From a virus (taxonomy: Duplodnaviria > Caudoviricetes): a DNA stretch of 64,000 nt. The notes below the pieces were generated by a model that was not told where the DNA came from, ran no database searches, and saw nothing but the letters and a program-made list of their open reading frames with translations. The position numbers and the translations under genes are program-made. Positions 31,196-42,108 of this stretch are shown here, in pieces (position 1 is the stretch's first letter; every line of letters starts with the position of its first letter). The DNA is taken from the IMG/VR virus record IMGVR_UViG_3300021400_000252; one strand, given 5' to 3'.

Positions 31196-33175
31196 ATGAA
31201 TAACACTACGAATTTATCAACAGATAAAATCCGTGAAGCATTACATTTTCAAGAATTAACTCCTGAAGAAAAACAATCAAGAGGAATTCTTGGTAGACTT
31301 TATGGTCCTTGTGCTTCATTCATCGCACCAACAAGAAATGATCGTTTCTATGGTGATGAGTTATGGACTAATGTATTTGAAAAAAATGAAATAGTAAAAG
31401 AAATGTTTGATAATGGTGGTATTCCAATGGAACTAGACCACCCATTAGGAGATAGAGAAGAAACTACTTCAATTAACATTGCAGCTATTCTTCCAGAAAG
31501 ACCTAAAAAAGATAAAGATGGACATTTAATTACTTATGTTGATATCCTAGATACTCCAAGTGGTAAAATTGTTTATACTTTAGCTAAGTATGGTTTTAAA
31601 TGAGGTATTAGCTCAAGAGGTTCTGGTGAATTAATTTCTGATTATGACGGACATGAGTCTGTTGATCCAACTTCTTATGATTTTCAAACTTTTGATTTAG
31701 TATTACTTCCAGCAGTTAAAGATGCACGTTTAACATTCGTTGAATCTTATGATGCAAAACAAAAAACCGCTATGAAGAAAATGAAGAGAGAATTAAAAGA
31801 AGCTTTAAGTACAGCTTCAGATGGAGATCGAAAAATTATGGAAAATGCTTTAGATAATTTAAAGATAAACTTAGATGATGAAAATCTTAGTCCAGAAAAT
31901 GTTGTAACTGAAGCTATCTCAGATAAAATGTTTGATTTAAATAATGCTCCAAAAACAACACCAGATGGAATTGAAATTGAATATGTAAATATTGATGATT
32001 TCGATAGCTGGTTAAATGAAGGCTTAGATGATTTAGACGAAGCTAAAAAGGACGAAGATCAACCAGAAGATAAAGATAAAGATAAAGAAGAAGAAAAAGA
32101 TTCAGATAAAGATAAAAAAGAAGATAAAAAAGATAAAAAAGAGGACAAGTCAGAAAAGAAGAAAGATGACAAGTCTGATGACGAATCTGAAGAATTTGAA
32201 CCTAAGAATGAATTTACTGTAAAAGAAATTACAGATGCATTCAAAGGTCTTGATAAAGATGCAGTAGTAAAAGTACTACCAGTTGAAATCGATAATAAAG
32301 AAATGAATATTAATCTTTATTTTGATAAAACTGATGAAGACAACCTTGTTATAGGTGGTACCATCGCTCCTGAAGAGAACGATGAAAACATAGATAATCC
32401 TGAAACTGAAGAAACTATTGATGTATTCGGAAACGAAGACGTTGCAGCTAGTGATACTGGAGCAGAGGAATTAGTAGACGATTCATTTATAGAGGACTTC
32501 AAGAAAACTGTTCGTGAAAATAAAGCTTTAGAACAAAAAGTTAAGACTTTAGAAAACGAAAAGACAGTTAGTGATGCTAAGGTTAATGAATTAGATAAGG
32601 AACTTAACCAATATAAAGAAGCTTTCAATAGAACAAGTCAGGTTGCGTCTCAATATAAGAAATCAAAATTAGAAATTCAAAACTTAAACAATCAGTTAGC
32701 TGAAAAAGATAACCAAATTAAAGCTTTAAGTGAAAAATTATCTAATAACAAATTAACTGAAAGTTTAGATTCTACTAAATTAGAAGTTACTAAGTTAAAA
32801 CAACAATTAGTTGAACAAGCTACAAACTATAAGCAAAAATATGCTGAAAGAACTGATGTAGCTAAGAAGTACAAATCAATGTATTTAGGTGTAATGCAAA
32901 AATATGTTGAATCAAAAGCTAATATGTTAAACGTTAGAGCTTCAGAGATCACAAGTAGACTAGACAAAAACTATACTACAGATGATGTAGATCAAGTATG
33001 TGATCAAATCTTAAATGAAGGTATGACAATGTCAAATATGAGTCATTTACCTTTAACAAATGCAAATACTAAAGTTAAATTCAGTGAAGGCCTACAAAGA
33101 CAACAAGCTCCTAAAGAGGATGCTGGATATGAGATCGCTGATTGGGCTCTAGAACTTGCAAATATGGAATATTAA
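31196..33175 (+). CDS. Prohead protease (T4 gp21-like) fused to a scaffold-like acidic and coiled-coil region; one TGA-Trp at 31601
   Basis: RNDRFY, ELDHP, ILDTPSG, then past the TGA: GISSRGSG and FDLVLLPA. In frame with track ORF 31772. Confidence 0.92.
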
Positions 33176-33211
33176 AATTTAAATTAGAAAATATTATAGG
33201 AGAAAAACATT

Positions 33212-34642
33212 ATGGCAAATTTAATGGAAAAATATGGCCGTCAAATTAAAGTTGCTGAGTCTTTCGTTGCTGAAAACTTCGGTAAGAAGATTTCTGATAG
33301 AACAAGACTTAACACTGCTGTGTTAATTGAAAACACAAATAAATTCATCTCAATGAGAGAATCTTTCGCTACAACTAGAACAGATCTTGGTGATTACAAG
33401 AAATTCTGTTTAAACTTAACTAATATCTCAGTTCCAAGCTTAATTGCTAATGACTTAGTTATTACTCATGCTTTAACTTCATTCTCTGGTTCTGTTGCTT
33501 ACTTAGAGTATCAATCAAGAACTAATAAAGGTGGTGTAAATGCTGGTGATACATTCAATAGTGTATTCGGTCTTGGTGAAATGAATGCTGCTCGTCAAAA
33601 CTTCACTTCTGCATACATCGTAGATGTATTAGCTGCTGGTGAAACTAAGGTTACTGTATCAACTGCTCAAAACCAAATCGTTAAGGGTTCATTTGCTGTT
33701 CCTCAAGATAGAACTGCTGCTGATGGTTCTGATATGTACACTGGTGGTGTAGTATACACTAAGAGAAATAATGTTGCATATGCTGATATTAAGTATGTTA
33801 TTGTTGATCCAGTAACTAAGAAGACTCATTTCGAATATGATACTGTTGATGCTGATGCAACAACTGCTCCAGTAGCTCCAGACAATGCAATTAAAGCATT
33901 ATATGCTTCAAATGAATTCCAAATGACTAATGTTCCTGCTAAAGACATTCCAACAATTGGACCTGTTATGAAGAATATTCCTCTAGTAGCTGAACCTAGA
34001 CGTATCGCTGTTAAGTATGATCAAATCACTGCTTTCCAAGCTAAGACTGATTATGGTTTCTCATTAGATAAGCAAATTGCTGAACAAGCAGTTGGTGAAT
34101 TAAACTATGAAATCGATACTGAAATCGTAGATATGTTATATCAAGCTGCTAAGGCTGAAACTACTGCTGATGAATTAAAGTTAACTACATTCTCTAAGAC
34201 TTTACCTCTTGGTGTTGATATGTTCAGACACTATAGTTCATTCTTAAATACTTTATCTAAGGCTAGAACTATTATCTACAAGAGAACTAAGAAGTTCTTA
34301 CCTAACTACATGGTATGTGCTCCAGACGTTCTTAACGTATTAGAGTTCGTTCAAGGTTATAAGGATACTACTCCTAACAAGATCTATGGTCCTTATAAAG
34401 CTGGTCAATTAAATGGTCTTGCAGTTTATGTATCTCCATTATTAAATGATGGTGAATACTTCATTGGTTTAAATGGTTCTGATATGGTTTCATCTGCAGG
34501 TGTATATGCTCCTTACATGGCTATCGTTCCTACTAACCTATTAGGTACACCAGATGGTGGTTTAGCTCAAGGCTTCTCTACTTACTATGCTAAGGCACTT
34601 GTTAACCCAAGTCTATTAGTATTTGGTAAGATTGTTGACTAA
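33212..34642 (+). CDS. Major capsid protein (T4 gp23-like)
   Basis: AEPRRIAVKY...ELNYEIDTEIV and SAGVYAPY; high-expression codon bias; MRES candidate maturation site. Confidence 0.93.
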   Translation: MANLMEKYGRQIKVAESFVAENFGKKISDRTRLNTAVLIENTNKFISMRESFATTRTDLGDYKKFCLNLTNISVPSLIANDLVITHALTSFSGSVAYLEYQSRTNKGGVNAGDTFNSVFGLGEMNAARQNFTSAYIVDVLAAGETKVTVSTAQNQIVKGSFAVPQDRTAADGSDMYTGGVVYTKRNNVAYADIKYVIVDPVTKKTHFEYDTVDADATTAPVAPDNAIKALYASNEFQMTNVPAKDIPTIGPVMKNIPLVAEPRRIAVKYDQITAFQAKTDYGFSLDKQIAEQAVGELNYEIDTEIVDMLYQAAKAETTADELKLTTFSKTLPLGVDMFRHYSSFLNTLSKARTIIYKRTKKFLPNYMVCAPDVLNVLEFVQGYKDTTPNKIYGPYKAGQLNGLAVYVSPLLNDGEYFIGLNGSDMVSSAGVYAPYMAIVPTNLLGTPDGGLAQGFSTYYAKALVNPSLLVFGKIVD

Positions 34643-34664
34643 TCTAAACTAAAATAAAAAATAT

Positions 34665-34691
34665 AAAGAGCCTCGAAAGAGGTTCTTTTTT
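34665..34691 (+). terminator. Intrinsic terminator after the capsid gene
   Basis: GAGCCTC-GAAA-GAGGTTC followed by a T-run. Confidence 0.85.
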
Positions 34692-34729
34692 ATTGTATAA
34701 TTATTATATAAAACAGTTTTGGAGGTTTT

Positions 34730-35518
34730 ATGAGTATTTTTACAGATAAAGAGTTAAAATCAATCTATGAGCGATTATTACCACAAATAAAGGATGAAAT
34801 AACTGCCGAAGATTATTTTAGATTGGTAGAAAATTTAGATCAGTTTTCTTTAGCTGATGCATTAACGTTCGAAAAAATAAATCGAACTGCACCAATATAT
34901 TCAGATATGGTAGGTAAATATAATGGACCTCAAAGAATTGGATTATTTGCTAATACGACTTTAATAGAACAGAGTTGCATTAATAAACCAATAAATCCTT
35001 TTAATTTATTTAAATATCCAATACGATTTAAATATGGAGATAATACACATAATATAATTAATGGTGGAGCTGGAAATTATGCTTCTGATTTATATTATGA
35101 AACATCTGGAACTTCTGGAATAAAAATAAAAGTAGAAGTAAAGAGTTTTGTAGGCGAACTAGAATCAGCCATGAAATTATATGGTTTCAAAGATACAAAA
35201 ACTGGTTTTCCATATAATGCTACATTTTTAATATTATTTAATAGAGACACTTTAAAATATTATTTAATAGGTAATGATAAGCAATATTATAATTATGCAA
35301 CAAAGACAACTAATTATATAAATACTGATAAAAAGATTAAAGTAAAATCTGATGAAGTAGAAAAAGTATTTATCTATGAAGAACTAGATTGGGTTTGTGA
35401 TCCTAGACTGCATGATGTTCATACAATTAAATGGAATTCTGAGTTAGTTAAACTTGCAGAAGAAATATGCGACCATGTAGGAATAAAACCAATGATAAAT
35501 GAAAGAAAGAATTATTAA
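34730..35518 (+). CDS. Putative PD-(D/E)XK endonuclease
   Basis: ASDLYY...KVEVKSF motif. It has its own class II-like promoter (34693) and flanking terminators. Confidence 0.45.
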   Translation: MSIFTDKELKSIYERLLPQIKDEITAEDYFRLVENLDQFSLADALTFEKINRTAPIYSDMVGKYNGPQRIGLFANTTLIEQSCINKPINPFNLFKYPIRFKYGDNTHNIINGGAGNYASDLYYETSGTSGIKIKVEVKSFVGELESAMKLYGFKDTKTGFPYNATFLILFNRDTLKYYLIGNDKQYYNYATKTTNYINTDKKIKVKSDEVEKVFIYEELDWVCDPRLHDVHTIKWNSELVKLAEEICDHVGIKPMINERKNY

Positions 35519-35550
35519 AAGCTAAAATTTATTTTTAGCTTTTTTATTTT
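35517..35550 (+). terminator. Intrinsic terminator
   Basis: AAAAGCTAAAA/TTTTAGCTTTT stem followed by a T-run. Confidence 0.6.
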
Positions 35551-35555
35551 TATCT

Positions 35556-35629
35556 GCTAAATTATACGTATAATGTTAAACATAATAACATTAAAAAAAT
35601 TTAAAAAAGTTTAATACTATGCTAAATTA
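35556..35629 (+). promoter_or_regulatory. Two tandem putative late promoters GCTAAATTA (35556 and 35621)
   Basis: Both are exact matches upstream of the neck gene. Confidence 0.7.
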
Positions 35630-35649
35630 ATTAGTTTTGGAGGTTTAAT

Positions 35650-36372
35650 ATGAATGTAACCTTAGCTGATGTTATTAGAGAGATTAAACGTAAAGTTTGG
35701 GCAGGTGACAACCTAGAGCATGATCTAGAAGATGTTGATCTTAATGAGATTGTAAATGAATCGATTCGAGAAATAAGACGATATTTCGATGAAACTGCTA
35801 AAGTGACGATTCCATTCCAACGATGTATTAATCTAAATGAACAAAAATTTAAACCAAGTTCTATAATAAAAATTTATAAAGTAAATGGAAATAGTGTTAA
35901 TACAGATGATATAAATGTTAATACCGACCCACTATATGCTTATCAATTTTTAATATGGAGTAATGGTGGTACTATGTACAATGTACAAGATTACACTTAT
36001 AATTATGGTGCTTGGAGTACTATGAACCAAATTCGAAATACTTTAACAACTGAATTAGATTTCGAAGAGGATAAACAAAATAATTTAGTTTATATATTTA
36101 CGAGTTTGAATCCAAAAGCAATCACACTTGAATATATTCCAAGAATTGAAAAAGTTGAAGATATTCAAACAGATAGATGAATAGATATATTAATTCAATT
36201 AGCTGTAGCTCATACAAAAGTTGAAGTTGGTAGAATTAGAACAAGATATACTACTTCAAATGAACTATGGGGTGATGATGCTGAAAAAATGTTAACTGAA
36301 GGTCAAGAAGAACTAAAAGCTTTAAGAGAAAAACTTGAAGAAGAAGACTCAGTTATACCACCATTAAATTAG
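35650..36372 (+). CDS. Neck / head-tail adaptor (T4 gp13-like); one TGA-Trp at 36178
   Basis: DRW...AHTKVEVGRIRTRY...EGQEELKALREKL matches the gp13 C-terminus; TAG stop at 36370. Confidence 0.85.
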
Positions 36373-36392
36373 ATAAAAATAGGAGAACATAA

Positions 36393-39300
36393 ATGTCAAA
36401 GAATAGAAATAAAATACTTACTCAATTTGATTTATCATCTGCATTTACTGCACTAAGTGATATGGATTATGCAGCACCTGAAGGAAATGTAAAAAGCTTC
36501 CAAGAAAATTTAGTTGAACGTAAAGGTTATGGTAAATGCTTTGAACCTTTATTTGAAGATTTATATGACCTTGAAGATACACAAGATTTAAACGATGCAG
36601 CTGACGCTAGAGAAGCAGAAGTTGCTCAAGCTAAGTTATCAAGAATTGAAAAGATCATTGATTTAGATGCTAAAACTCCAGATGAATTATTACCTTCTTA
36701 TGTAGGTAAAATTATTGTTCAATGTCCTCAATGTATGAATTTATTCTACAAAGATGAAGCAGACATCGAAAAAGATGAAGAAGATCCAACTTTATGCAAT
36801 GTTGGTGAGGAATGTCAACATTGTGGAAATACTTCAGGTTATACATTAATTGGTAAAGTTGATGCAGCAACTGAGGAAGATTTAAATCAAGGCACTGATG
36901 TTCCTGCAGAAGAAACTCCAGCAGAAGAACAACCAACCGAAGAAACTCCTGAAGAAACACCAGAAGAAACAGGTGAAAAAGGTGGAGATGAAGATTTAAA
37001 TTTAGATGATATGGATTTAGATCTAAATCTAGATGAAGAGCCAGCTCAAGAATCTTTTAATACAAATCCAGATGGCCAAGTATTAACAGAAAATGTTGAG
37101 AAATTAGATGAAGAATGTATGAATAAAGCAATCACTGATTTCTTATTAGATGACTCTAGTACTCATAAGAGCTTAGATGTTATTCTAGCTGATCTATATA
37201 AAGCTCATCCTGAAGCACCAGCTGAAAATGTTCAATCAGCTATGGATGGAGTTTTAAATGTTGAATGGCCTTTAAATAAGATTGAAACTTTTGGTTTCTG
37301 TGCTAAGCAACATCCTTATGTTGAAGGTTTAACAGAAGAAGTAGATAAAGACTTAGATAAGAAATTAGCAGAACATGATACTTATATTGAGTATTTAAGA
37401 AAAGAAATTGCGACTTTAGAAGATTCTATTAAGAATGAAAAGAATGAAGAAATTAAAGCTGCAAAACAAGCTCATTTAGATGAATTAAATCAATCATTAG
37501 ATGCAGCTCTTCCTGATGCTGTTAAGAATGGAAGCGTAGAAGTTAATACTGAAAATACTGAAGATGCTTCAGATGATAACTTAGATGCAGATGACGTTCT
37601 TAATGGTGAATTAAATAACAAAGAAACTACTGAAGAAAATGCAGAAGCAGAATCAACTGAGAATTCTAAAGATGAATCTGATGAAAATTCAGATGAAAAT
37701 ACTTTTGCTATGACTTTAGATAATCAAGAAGTTAAAGAATCTTTAACTGAAAGTGTTACAATTGATGTAGATGATTTAGAATTCTGTCAAATGGTTAATG
37801 ATGGAAAAATTAATGATGTAAGTAAATATAATCTTGGATATATTAGATTAGGTGAATTATCTCAAATTTGTGTTGATAATCATTTAGATAGAGCTTATGA
37901 TATAATTGAAAAAGCAATAGATCAAATTACAGGTTATACTGAAGAAAACTCTCTAACTGAAGATAAGAGAGATGACGATGACTACTATGGTAGAGACATC
38001 GATGATGCTGTTATTCAATTAAAGAAAAGAGGTCATGCTGAATTCTGGTGCCGTCAAGGTAAAGAGAAAGCTGAAGAAGTAAAGAAAATTGTAAAAGATA
38101 AATATAATTTAGATGTTGAGTATACAATTGATAATGATTATTGTGAAGCTAAAGTTGTTAAATCAAAAGATTTAAATGAAGCTGTTGCTATTACAATTAG
38201 TGTTGATGAAGTAGATGATACAGTTACTCCATCAGCTGATACAATGGTTATAGATAATGGTGATGCAGGAGTTGCAGAATATCATGCAGATGATAATTGT
38301 GTAAACTGTGAAGATCCATTTAATCAAGACTTTGAACCAGTAGAATTCAATCGTCCAGCTTTTAATCCATTTGCTAATACTGAATTTGATTTCGATAGCG
38401 AAGCTGATGAAACAGCTATTCAAAATGTAGAACCAGAAGAAATGGATAATAAAAAACTAGATAAATCAGAAGAAAAAGAATTAGATAAAGAATTAAATTC
38501 TGAAGATGATTCTGATAAAAAAGATGATGATAATGATGACAAAGATAAAGGTGAAAAAGCTAAAGATGAATCTTTAACAGAATCAGTAAAATTAGTTGAA
38601 AATAAAAATGACAAATGGGCTCAAACATTAAATACTTTTTATAAAAATGATCTAGAAGCCGGAAATCGTTATATTGTTTTTGGTAAAGACAGAGATTTAA
38701 GTGGAGTACAGTCTGGTCAAAATCAACGATTCTTTGCATCAAGTGATTTCAAACAAATTTTAACACAATTAACTACATATTCAAAAGCAGATCGAGATAA
38801 TACTTTAATCGTTTTATCACCTAAAGTAAATTATGCTCAATTTAAAAATGCTATTGAAAAAGTTCAAACTGAAGCACAAAAGAATCCAAGAAGTAAAGAA
38901 ACTAAAAATGCTTTAACTGAATTTAATAAATTTATGGTTCCAACAAACACTATTACTGCTTATGTTAATGGTAAACAAACAAAAGAAGGAAAAAATTGTT
39001 TAGATAGATTATATAAAACTATTAAATCGTCACCAATAACTAAAAATAATGACGTCTTTGGAAATTCAGCATGGGAAGATACTTCTGCTCAAAATAATGA
39101 AGCAGAAAATCCTAATCCTGAAGTAAATAATAATCAACAAAATCAAAATGTTCAACAAAACCAAAATACTGGTGAACAAGGTATTGTTGGTCAAGATAAT
39201 AAAGTAAATACTCAAGCTCCTGCTTCTGCTCCTGAAGCTCAACAAGCTGAACCTCAACCAGCTGCAACTCAAGCTGAGCCTGCTAATAATGCTCAAGCTG

Positions 39301-40514
39301 AAAATACCGAAAATACTGATACTAATGCAGATTCAACTAAAGCTCAAGAAGCACCTAAGATTAATCCACAAGAATTAATTAAAGGATTAAGAGCTAAGTA
39401 TGGTGATAAGTATGATGGTTGGAAAACTATGGGTAATACTTTAAAAACTTTAGATGATGCTGGTTTATTAAGCGGTGAATATAATAAAGAACAATGGGAT
39501 GACTATGATGAGTATAAGAACCATCGTACAGAAGCATTCAATAATAATTCAAATGGAACAATTTTAACAGAGGCAATGTCTGATGAAGATTATAATAGAT
39601 TATTTGATTCGACTACTTACGGTAATAAATTAAGTGATTTCTATGATCTATCAGCAAGATGTGGTGAAATCTTCGAATCTACTTATGAGTCTTTAGGATA
39701 TCCAATGGATGATGAATGGATTATTGCTCCAGAAATCTTAAAAGATGATAATAAGGTTACTGAATTATATAATGCAGTAAGAAAGAATGTTGTTGATATT
39801 TTAAATAATGGATCTAGAGATGAATTAGATGATGGTCATCATGGTGATGTTATTGGAACTCTTATCGATTTATTTGATATAAATCAAGTTTTTGAAAATT
39901 TAGATGAAGCTAAAGATGATAAAAAAATTGTTGATGATGTAACTGATGCTGAATTTAAAGAATTAATTACTAGTGATATTTTTAATGAAAAATGTGAAGA
40001 TAAACCTACTGAAGCTAAGAAAATTACTGAAGATTCTGAATTAGACCATATGTTAGATCAATTAGATACAGAAATTGATAATGTATTAAATCAAGAAGAA
40101 CAACCTCAAGAGAATTCTAATAATTCTAATAAAGAAGAATTTGATCAAGAAATGCTTGATGAAATTGACGAGGATGGTCTAGAGGAATGCTTATCTAAAT
40201 CATTGGTTAATATATATGAAAACGTAGAAAACTTCAAAATAAGTGATATTAATTTAGTTAATAATAGATTAATTGTTGAAGGTAAAATTAAGTTTAATAA
40301 ATCTGGAAATACTCTAGATACAAAGTATATTTTCAATGATATCTACAAAGATAATGATAAATTAATCTTAAATGGTTATAATAAGACTTTATCTGAAGAT
40401 TGTAATTTAGTATTAACTGGAAATATTAAAGATAAGAAATTCATAACTGAATCTTTCGAATATAATTATACAGTTGAAGGTGACAAAGTTCACGGTAAAG
40501 TTAATAATAACTAA
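36393..40514 (+). CDS. 1373-aa acidic virion-associated protein with a zinc ribbon and many L-x-E sites (probable internal head polyprotein)
   Basis: CPQC...CQHC; repeated LTE, LDE, LNE and ITE sites; located between neck genes. Confidence 0.65.
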   Translation: MSKNRNKILTQFDLSSAFTALSDMDYAAPEGNVKSFQENLVERKGYGKCFEPLFEDLYDLEDTQDLNDAADAREAEVAQAKLSRIEKIIDLDAKTPDELLPSYVGKIIVQCPQCMNLFYKDEADIEKDEEDPTLCNVGEECQHCGNTSGYTLIGKVDAATEEDLNQGTDVPAEETPAEEQPTEETPEETPEETGEKGGDEDLNLDDMDLDLNLDEEPAQESFNTNPDGQVLTENVEKLDEECMNKAITDFLLDDSSTHKSLDVILADLYKAHPEAPAENVQSAMDGVLNVEWPLNKIETFGFCAKQHPYVEGLTEEVDKDLDKKLAEHDTYIEYLRKEIATLEDSIKNEKNEEIKAAKQAHLDELNQSLDAALPDAVKNGSVEVNTENTEDASDDNLDADDVLNGELNNKETTEENAEAESTENSKDESDENSDENTFAMTLDNQEVKESLTESVTIDVDDLEFCQMVNDGKINDVSKYNLGYIRLGELSQICVDNHLDRAYDIIEKAIDQITGYTEENSLTEDKRDDDDYYGRDIDDAVIQLKKRGHAEFWCRQGKEKAEEVKKIVKDKYNLDVEYTIDNDYCEAKVVKSKDLNEAVAITISVDEVDDTVTPSADTMVIDNGDAGVAEYHADDNCVNCEDPFNQDFEPVEFNRPAFNPFANTEFDFDSEADETAIQNVEPEEMDNKKLDKSEEKELDKELNSEDDSDKKDDDNDDKDKGEKAKDESLTESVKLVENKNDKWAQTLNTFYKNDLEAGNRYIVFGKDRDLSGVQSGQNQRFFASSDFKQILTQLTTYSKADRDNTLIVLSPKVNYAQFKNAIEKVQTEAQKNPRSKETKNALTEFNKFMVPTNTITAYVNGKQTKEGKNCLDRLYKTIKSSPITKNNDVFGNSAWEDTSAQNNEAENPNPEVNNNQQNQNVQQNQNTGEQGIVGQDNKVNTQAPASAPEAQQAEPQPAATQAEPANNAQAENTENTDTNADSTKAQEAPKINPQELIKGLRAKYGDKYDGWKTMGNTLKTLDDAGLLSGEYNKEQWDDYDEYKNHRTEAFNNNSNGTILTEAMSDEDYNRLFDSTTYGNKLSDFYDLSARCGEIFESTYESLGYPMDDEWIIAPEILKDDNKVTELYNAVRKNVVDILNNGSRDELDDGHHGDVIGTLIDLFDINQVFENLDEAKDDKKIVDDVTDAEFKELITSDIFNEKCEDKPTEAKKITEDSELDHMLDQLDTEIDNVLNQEEQPQENSNNSNKEEFDQEMLDEIDEDGLEECLSKSLVNIYENVENFKISDINLVNNRLIVEGKIKFNKSGNTLDTKYIFNDIYKDNDKLILNGYNKTLSEDCNLVLTGNIKDKKFITESFEYNYTVEGDKVHGKVNNN

Positions 40515-40519
40515 TTAGT

Positions 40520-40564
40520 AATGGATTGGCTGGCTAATCTTGGTCATCCAATCCATTATTTTTA
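40520..40564 (+). terminator. Stem-loop, probable terminator
   Basis: AATGGATTGG...CCAATCCATT followed by a T-run. Confidence 0.65.
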
Positions 40565-40579
40565 AGAAAGGTGTTTAAT

Positions 40580-41155
40580 ATGGACGATAATAAAATTAAT
40601 GATATTAAACAAAAAAATGATGACTTTTTACATCAAAAACGTAGTGAAGAAGAAAAAAGAAATGATTATGGTAGATTAATTACTCCACAAATTAAATTTC
40701 ACAGAAAATGGTTTAATGAAATGTGTAGAATGCGTGGAGTTCGTGCTATGTATCAAGCTCCACTTTCAGATAAAGAATTCGATCTTAATGCTGAATTAAA
40801 AAGTAATTATCAACCAAAAGAGCCTGTATGGTGTATCTTTGATCAATATCCAGATCAAAAGACTATGAAAAAAGTTGGATGGGTAGCTGAATTACAAGAA
40901 AATTCATCCATTATTCATGTTCCATACGATTTACATGATCTTCAAGTTGGAGCATTATTCTGGATTCCTACTGGTTTAGATGATGGAGAACCAAGATTAT
41001 TTAGAGTTATTTCAATGTACACTAAAATGATCTATCCGGCAAGTGTTGCATGTGAAATTGCTCCAGAATATGAATCTACAGATGAACCAGTTTTAGTAAG
41101 TGATTATGATACCTCTACTGATAACTTATTATTAGATTTAGAAGGAGATGACTAA
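40580..41155 (+). CDS. Neck / head closure protein (T4 gp14-like)
   Basis: Position in the neck module; beta-rich, with TMKKVGW, LQVGALFWIP and RLFRVI. Confidence 0.6.
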   Translation: MDDNKINDIKQKNDDFLHQKRSEEEKRNDYGRLITPQIKFHRKWFNEMCRMRGVRAMYQAPLSDKEFDLNAELKSNYQPKEPVWCIFDQYPDQKTMKKVGWVAELQENSSIIHVPYDLHDLQVGALFWIPTGLDDGEPRLFRVISMYTKMIYPASVACEIAPEYESTDEPVLVSDYDTSTDNLLLDLEGDD

Positions 41156-42108
41156 TGAAAAAATATATATTATGTGAATCTCCAAGTAAATACATTTTAA
41201 AAGAAGCAAATGAACTTAAAAATTGGACACAAATATTAGACCCATTAATTTTACAAGATAATAGAGAATTCGATGAAAAATATGATGAATATCTAGAAGA
41301 ATATTGAGGTAAAGAGAATGCTGAGATTGTTAAAAGAGATTTAGGTAAAGCATTTGCTCAAGAGGTAACTCAATTTGGATATATGGAAGAAGATAATCCA
41401 TTTATTAGATTTTTACATACGAATAATTGTGAACGTCTTCAATGGTTTAAAGACGCAGATGCTAGATATATCTATTTACATAATGCAGCTGCAAATGGTT
41501 ATGTTAGAGAAAAAGATATGGATGGAAAGGGTTACTTTGGTAAAAAACATATAATTTTTTATCGAGAAGCATTCTCAGTATCTGAAAAAGTTTTTGATTT
41601 ATATTTAAGAATCCTAGATAACTTTAAAATTGATGGACAACCATTCAATAATAAAGAAAATTTATTTGATCAAATTTTCTTCGATCATGGAAAATTAAGA
41701 ACTAATTATATGGAGTTAGTTGATGCAAATAAACAAGCATTTGGTGCAAAGGCACAATTAAAATCTGATAATCAATCATTGGAATCAATTTTCAAAGCTT
41801 ATCTTACTCCATCATTTACAAAAGATAAATTATTCCATTTAGTACTCGATAGTTTAAGTCTTAATGCTTATAATTTAGGTGAAGAAAAAGATGCTTTATT
41901 GAATATTTTAAGTATTCCACAAGCATTAGAAAAGAATCAAGCAGATGATAGACAATGGCGTAGAGCTTGGAACTATGTTCAATTTAATAATCAAAAATTA
42001 ATTAGTGAGTTTGCATTAAATATCTATCACGATAAACATAAAAATGATACTTCTAAAGATGAAGAAATCCGAGGTTTAGTACATGCATTTTTCAATAAGC
42101 TTGGATAA
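41155..42108 (+). CDS. Hypothetical virion-region protein; one TGA-Trp at 41305
   Basis: TAATG-coupled start MKKYILCESPSKYILKEA, in frame with track ORF 41383. Confidence 0.75.
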
